A stretch of 62,591 bases of DNA, filler included, from Malassezia furfur (Eukaryota): assembly GCA_052055015.1 (NCBI GenBank). It is 15 parts of 15 records of this genome, joined end to end, with 100 filler letters (N's around TTAATTAATTAA, not from the genome) between each part and the next. Parts side by side here need not be neighbours in the genome. Positions count along the whole stretch, not along the records: positions 54,488 to 58,492 come from JBQJIT010000712.1; positions 58,593 to 62,591 come from JBQJIT010000713.1; 13 more parts are not named here. One strand, written 5' to 3'. How positions within the stretch are numbered: the first letter of the stretch is position 1; each line of letters begins with the position of its first letter. Of this stretch, positions 57,724-62,591 are shown one piece after another. The notes beneath the pieces were generated by a model. That model worked only from the letters and a program-made list of their open reading frames with translations. It made no database searches and was not told the DNA's origin. Made by a program: the position numbers and the translations under genes.

Positions 57724-58492
57724 GGCGCAAACTCGGCAAACGCCCCCTGGAACGCATCGCGCTCCGCCGCCTCGACGTCCGCGGGGCGCACACACGCCTT
57801 CCAGTCGGCGCGCTCGGGCATCTGTAGGAACGCCGCGAGAGTCTCGCGCGGGAACTGCAGCGAAAACCGCTCGCCACGTAGCAGCAGCAGCAGCGGCACT
57901 TCGCCCACCCGGATCAAGCAGTAGTCCTCGCGGTCCTGCGCACGGACCAGCGTCGTCGCCGCGTCGTCAAACGCCGCCGCGACCTCCTCCGGCTCGAACG
58001 CAAGGTCCGCGTCGCGCGCCGCCGCACGGAACGCCTCGACGAGCGCCGCCGCATCGCCCTCGGCCACCGGCACCACCTGCGTCTGCGTGTGCGCCACGCG
58101 CGTGTGCGAGCGCCGCACCACCTCCCAGCTCACCGGCACCGCACCGTACGCCGCATAGCACCGCGCGAGCGCCGCACGCAGCGCGCCCATCTCGGCACGC
58201 AGCGCCGGCATCGACGCGTCCGGCGTCCACGTCGACGGCACATGCGCAATCGGCACCAGCAGCACATGCCCGCCGCCAGGCACCAGCGTCGACGCGTCCG
58301 ACGACACGGGCAGCTGGCCCTTGGGCAGCGCCATGTAGCACTCCTCGCCGATCGTCACCACCAGGTGCTTCTCGAGCTGCGGATTCGACAGGCAGAACCA
58401 GCACTGCTCGGGGCCGAGCGGCGCCGCGTCGTGCTCGCGCCGCCCCTTTCTGCGCCGCTTGCTCGCCGGCGCGGCGGGCGCGTCCGCGTACC
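57720..58492 (-). CDS. DRN1: CWF19L1/Drn1-like protein (CwfJ C-terminal domains), 5' truncated
   Basis: GPEQCWFCLSNPQLEKHLVVTIGEECYMALPKG, HVLLVPIAH, LQFPRETLA...RADWKAC. Confidence 0.85.
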
Positions 58493-58592
58493 NNNNNNNN
58501 NNNNNNNNNNNNNNNNNNNNNNNNNNNNNNNNNNNNTTAATTAATTAANNNNNNNNNNNNNNNNNNNNNNNNNNNNNNNNNNNNNNNNNNNN

Positions 58593-59154
58593 GCGCCGAC
58601 CGCGCGCTGGTGCTCGAGGAGATCACCGGCGCGTTCCTCAACCCGGCAAAGCACGACGGCCAGCGCGGGCGCGTGCTCCGCAACGTACGTCCCCCGCCCC
58701 GCTCACCCAGATGACCACCACGCACCTCAAGGCCGTGCCGATCGCCAGCGCCGCCGCCCAGCCGCTCCAGGTGCCGTTCGACTTCTACCCGGAGTTCAAG
58801 CCGCAGTCGCTCGACGTCGAGTTCCGCGTCAAGGTGCTTGACCAGGGCAACACGCGCCGCTACAACCTGCCCGTGTACCGCGGCACGGTCGTCGTCGAGG
58901 AGCCCGCGCCCTCGTTCTTCGACGTGCAGCTCCTGTCGGTGTACGTCGTGATGGCGACGGCGCTCGCGGGCATCGCCTACGTCGCGTACACGCAGTACCT
59001 CGCCGCGTACGTGCGTCCCAAGGCGCCGGCCAAGCGCACGCAGCCCACGCAGCCCGCCAAGCCCGCCGCCGCCAACCACGAAGAGTGGCTCCCGCAGCAG
59101 CCGACGGTGCGCACCCGCCGCCAGGCCGCCGCGGCCGCGTCGCGCCGCAAGTAG
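58593..59154 (+). CDS. TRAP-alpha/Irc22-like ER membrane protein, 5' truncated; 26-nt intron 58685-58710
   Basis: RVLRN|MT, PFDFYPEFKP, YRGTVVVEEPAPSFFDVQLLSVY + TM helix, EEWLP tail. Confidence 0.78.
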
Positions 59155-59284
59155 GCTCTCGTAGGATCAAGAAACAAAAAAAGTGACATTGTCTAGTGCG
59201 GATCCGAACATGCTATCTACGAAAAAAAGGAACTGCGTGAGTCGCTCCGTACGTACACACACACACGAAACGAAGCAAAGCGGG

Positions 59285-60886
59285 TTAGTTGTTCAATTTG
59301 CCCAGGGCCACCTGGTTCGTCTTGGCGTTGGTCGCAAAGTACACGTTCTTCAGGAACGACGCACCCAGCAACCACCCGCCATTGCCGCTGGCATCGCCCG
59401 CCGACACGGCACTCACACACGTGCCCTGCAGGTTGCTGCTGTCCACCGGCGAGAAGAGCAGGTCGCGCGCATCCATCGTGTACGTCTGGCCCGAGAAGGT
59501 GAAGGAAAGCTGCTTGTTAGTCGTGCACGGCAGCGTGTAGCCGCCCTGGCCATCCGACTTGGCGCCGTCGATCGCATTGTGCAGCGCATCCGCCGCATCC
59601 TGCGGGGCCACAATCAGCGACGTGCCCGTGTCGAGCGTCGCCGAGGTCGACGAGCTCGCCACGGTCTTCGAGCCGATCTTGACCGAGTCCAGCTGGATCT
59701 GCCAGTAACCGTTGTCGTTCTGGTTGCTGAACTGGTGCAGGCTGCCAGACACCTGCGACTCGTCCACGGCGCCAAACGTGATCTGGCCCTTGTTGTTGTT
59801 GTCGGCCACGCGGCCCAGGCGGTACCCCACAATCGGCTGCGACACCTTGTTGTTGCTGTACAGCGCCTGGATCGGCGTGTCGAGGTTCGTCGTGCTCAGC
59901 GACGAACCACCGAGGCCGAGCAGCCCGTCAAACGGAATGTTGCTCCCACCAAACTGGTTCGTCTCCTTCGTCGCGACACCAAAGCCAAAGTTGTCCAACT
60001 TCATCCCCGCGATCGTCATCGAGTCAGTCGCCTTCTCAACGGTGACGGAGCCCGTGCCGTACGAGATCTTGTACTGCTGCTTCCCTTTGACTTTCAGCGA
60101 GTTGGAGTTGGACGTGCTCAGCTTGTTCCGGCTCGACCCACCGCAGCTGCTGCAGCTGCTACCCGTGACCCAAGTGTCCGCCGAGCCCGAATCCACCAAC
60201 ATCTTGTAGTTGTCGTTGTTCGAGCCGATCTGCACCTGCACAAAGTAGCCGATGTCGTTCGCCTCGATGGCCAGACCGGAGGTGTGCGACTTGGACACGT
60301 CGGGCGCATCCGTGACCGAGTGCTGCTCGGCCGCCTTGGCCTCCGACGAGGAGTAGCCGCCGTTGCCGCGCGCCTGCAGATGACTGCCGCTCCCGGTACG
60401 GCGCACCATCCCCATCATCTTGCCCGACGTACGCGCAACATGGTCCGACAGCGTCGAAGCCGTCTCCTCGTCCTCCGCCGCGGCCTCCATGCTGCGGCGC
60501 CGCAGCGGCAGCCACTCCTTCTCCACCCACGACCGACGCTTGAGCATCGCCGCGTGCAGGTCGTCGTCCGTCGGGACACGGAGGTCATTGACCTGCGCGT
60601 AGCGGCGCTTGGCGTGGTTCAGGTGCTGCTGCACATGCATCCACGGGTCCTCAACCGCACGCTCCTCCACGTCGCGCGAGGCAAGCGGCAGCTGCACACC
60701 CGCCGACGGCGACAAGTACACGTCAAACGACGGCGCATACACGCCGGGCAACGTCGTGTTGCTCGCCTCGTTCAGCGGCGCAGCCAGCACACTGCTCGAC
60801 AACGTGCCAAGCAGCTGGTCCATCGCCGCAGGCATGGTCAGAAGGAGCGCCAACAGGCGCAGGAACGGTGATTGAATCGCGGCCAT
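59285..60886 (-). CDS. Secreted pepsin-like (A1) aspartyl protease
   Basis: Signal-like N-terminus, long propeptide with dibasic sites, catalytic LVDSGSADTWV and TLDTGTSLI, ISYGTG flap, WLLGASFLKNVY. Confidence 0.93.
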   Translation of the reverse strand: MAAIQSPFLRLLALLLTMPAAMDQLLGTLSSSVLAAPLNEASNTTLPGVYAPSFDVYLSPSAGVQLPLASRDVEERAVEDPWMHVQQHLNHAKRRYAQVNDLRVPTDDDLHAAMLKRRSWVEKEWLPLRRRSMEAAAEDEETASTLSDHVARTSGKMMGMVRRTGSGSHLQARGNGGYSSSEAKAAEQHSVTDAPDVSKSHTSGLAIEANDIGYFVQVQIGSNNDNYKMLVDSGSADTWVTGSSCSSCGGSSRNKLSTSNSNSLKVKGKQQYKISYGTGSVTVEKATDSMTIAGMKLDNFGFGVATKETNQFGGSNIPFDGLLGLGGSSLSTTNLDTPIQALYSNNKVSQPIVGYRLGRVADNNNKGQITFGAVDESQVSGSLHQFSNQNDNGYWQIQLDSVKIGSKTVASSSTSATLDTGTSLIVAPQDAADALHNAIDGAKSDGQGGYTLPCTTNKQLSFTFSGQTYTMDARDLLFSPVDSSNLQGTCVSAVSAGDASGNGGWLLGASFLKNVYFATNAKTNQVALGKLNN

Positions 60887-61590
60887 CTTCTCCACAGCGC
60901 GAATTTCCTGGAAACGTTAGTCGATACTTACGTAGACAATGAAGCACAAAGGTGTACCACAGAAACGCTCCCTCGTAGGGTGCGCGGTGTACAATCAAAG
61001 AGCAACTGCTTGTCGGACGGTACAAAAACCCTCCCAACACCAGCGACGTTACGTACGGCGGGAGTGCAAGCCGCGCGCGCGCGCCAGATCTTTTATGGCG
61101 CCGGCCCAAACTCCACGCCTCGCGTGTATGCACGCGCCCCGCACTGCGCCGAGGCCACAGCCCCGGGGCGCCGTGGCCACGCAGCCCATCACGCTGCACC
61201 ACAATGAATTCGCAACATCTACCGACCGCACCCCGCCTACGACACGGCGCACACGGCCGCCCGAATCGCGCCTCCACCTGTGGAGAAGAAGCTCACTCAA
61301 CATCCACCCGCCACCCCTCAACGCGCCCAAGTGTCATGGGCGCCGCGCCGTGCGTCGTACGCCGATCCAGGGCGGTGTGTGCAGGGCGCTCATTGGCCCA
61401 AGCGCACCGAGCACCGTGCGCACGACCTGTCCTGCGCACCCTCTCGACAGCGGAGGACCTGCCATGACCCAGTGGAGGTGGCCTCCACGGCGGCAGGGCC
61501 TCGCCCCCATCGGCCGAACCCACGTGGCCTTGCGCGCGCGGCGGGCAGCAACGTCTCCTCGCCTCTTGTGTGTTGTATCGCGTGTGCGCC

Positions 61591-62114
61591 ATGGAACAAG
61601 TCGCTCAGCAGGTACGTATGCGCGACGTGCGACTGACACGCGCCAGTTCACCGACTACTACTACTCGACGTTCGACACGGACCGCTCGCAGCTCGCGCCG
61701 CTCTACGTAGGTTCTTGGATGACTGACCGAAACAGCGCCCGCAGTCCATGCTGACGTTCGAGGGCGCGCAGACGCAGGGCGCGCAGGCGATCGTCGAGAA
61801 GCTCGTCGTACGTGTGACGGGAGCGTGCCGCTAACTGCAGAGCCTCCCCTTCCAAAAGGTCCAGCACAAGGTCGACACGCGCGACGCGCAGCCGACCGGT
61901 GACGGCCAGGCACTTGTGGTGCTTGTGACGGGCATGCTGCTGGTACGTGGACGCCTCGTGCGCGCGCTCACACCAGGTCGACGACGGCCAGAACCCGCTC
62001 AAATTCAGCCAGTCGTTCACGCTGCTGCCCGAGAACGGCTCGTTCTACGTGTTCAACGACATCTTCCGGTACGTCGCATCGCCCTCGTCCTAACGCAGCC
62101 TCAACTACGGATAA
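61591..62114 (+). CDS. NTF2: Nuclear transport factor 2; six exons, introns 61612-61646, 61707-61735, 61808-61840, 61943-61976, 62069-62098
   Basis: Spliced [37 protein letters not shown]...[13 protein letters not shown]...[12 protein letters not shown]. Confidence 0.95.
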
Positions 62115-62347
62115 ACGCGCCGAGTGCGCCGCCTGCCTGCTCCGTAGTCCGTAGCGCGCACGGCATCGACCCGCCCGCCGCGCACGCACGAATTGTTCCA
62201 TGCACCCGCCCGCCAATCGGCGGCCCACGCGCGTGCACGCCCGTTCGGACGCTTAGGTCAGCGTGACACGTCACGGCCCGTTGGGGAGCCGCGGCGGCTT
62301 CTTAAGCTGGGCGCGCACAAGCCACACACCCCCTCTTTTCCAACATC

Positions 62348-62591
62348 ATGGGTGTCGAAGTGGAACGCATCTCGGCGGGCGACGGCAAGAACTTCCCCAA
62401 GCCCGGTGACACGGTCGACATTCACTATGTCGGCACGCTGCAGAACGGCAACAAGTTCGACTCGTCGCGCGACCGCGGCCAGCCGTTCCAGACCAAGATC
62501 GGCGTCGGCCGCGTGATCCGCGGCTGGGACGAGGGCGTGCCGCAGCTCTCGCTGGGCGAGCGCGCCAAGCTCATCGTGTCGCCCGACTACG
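62348..62591 (+). CDS. FPR1: FKBP12 peptidyl-prolyl isomerase (runs off window end)
   Basis: [57 protein letters not shown]. Confidence 0.96.
   Translation, partial: MGVEVERISAGDGKNFPKPGDTVDIHYVGTLQNGNKFDSSRDRGQPFQTKIGVGRVIRGWDEGVPQLSLGERAKLIVSPDY

Overview
GC-rich, very gene-dense basidiomycete yeast DNA, most consistent with Malassezia (inferred from gene content, compaction and tiny GT..CTRAC..YAG introns). The window is not one locus. It is 15 contigs of about 4.0-4.2 kb joined by 14 identical 100-nt linkers (N44-TTAATTAATTAA-N44), and the contigs are sorted by decreasing length, so neighbours across gaps are unrelated. It holds about 40 complete or partial protein genes, including RPT5, RPN1, SDH5, an importin-7/8 family gene, PMI40, CCR4, ESF1, SPT5, MKT1, MUB1/samB, MED22, MED1, VPS8, a RhoGAP, telomerase TERT, UTP13, PAT1, a BRCT scaffold, MCM7, YCS4, DRN1, a secreted aspartyl protease, NTF2 and FKBP12, plus three intron-containing tRNAs. 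The most notable observations: (i) ultra-short spliceosomal introns of 22-37 nt, plus candidate UTR introns; (ii) the two well-supported long introns each host a box C/D snoRNA, one snR63/SNORD46-like in an apparently non-coding host transcript and one snR66-like in MUB1; (iii) an SPF45-like splicing factor with a degenerate UHM motif; (iv) an unexplained ~260-nt fold-back element; (v) a putative HbYX-tailed proteasome chaperone. No CRISPR array or transposon was seen.
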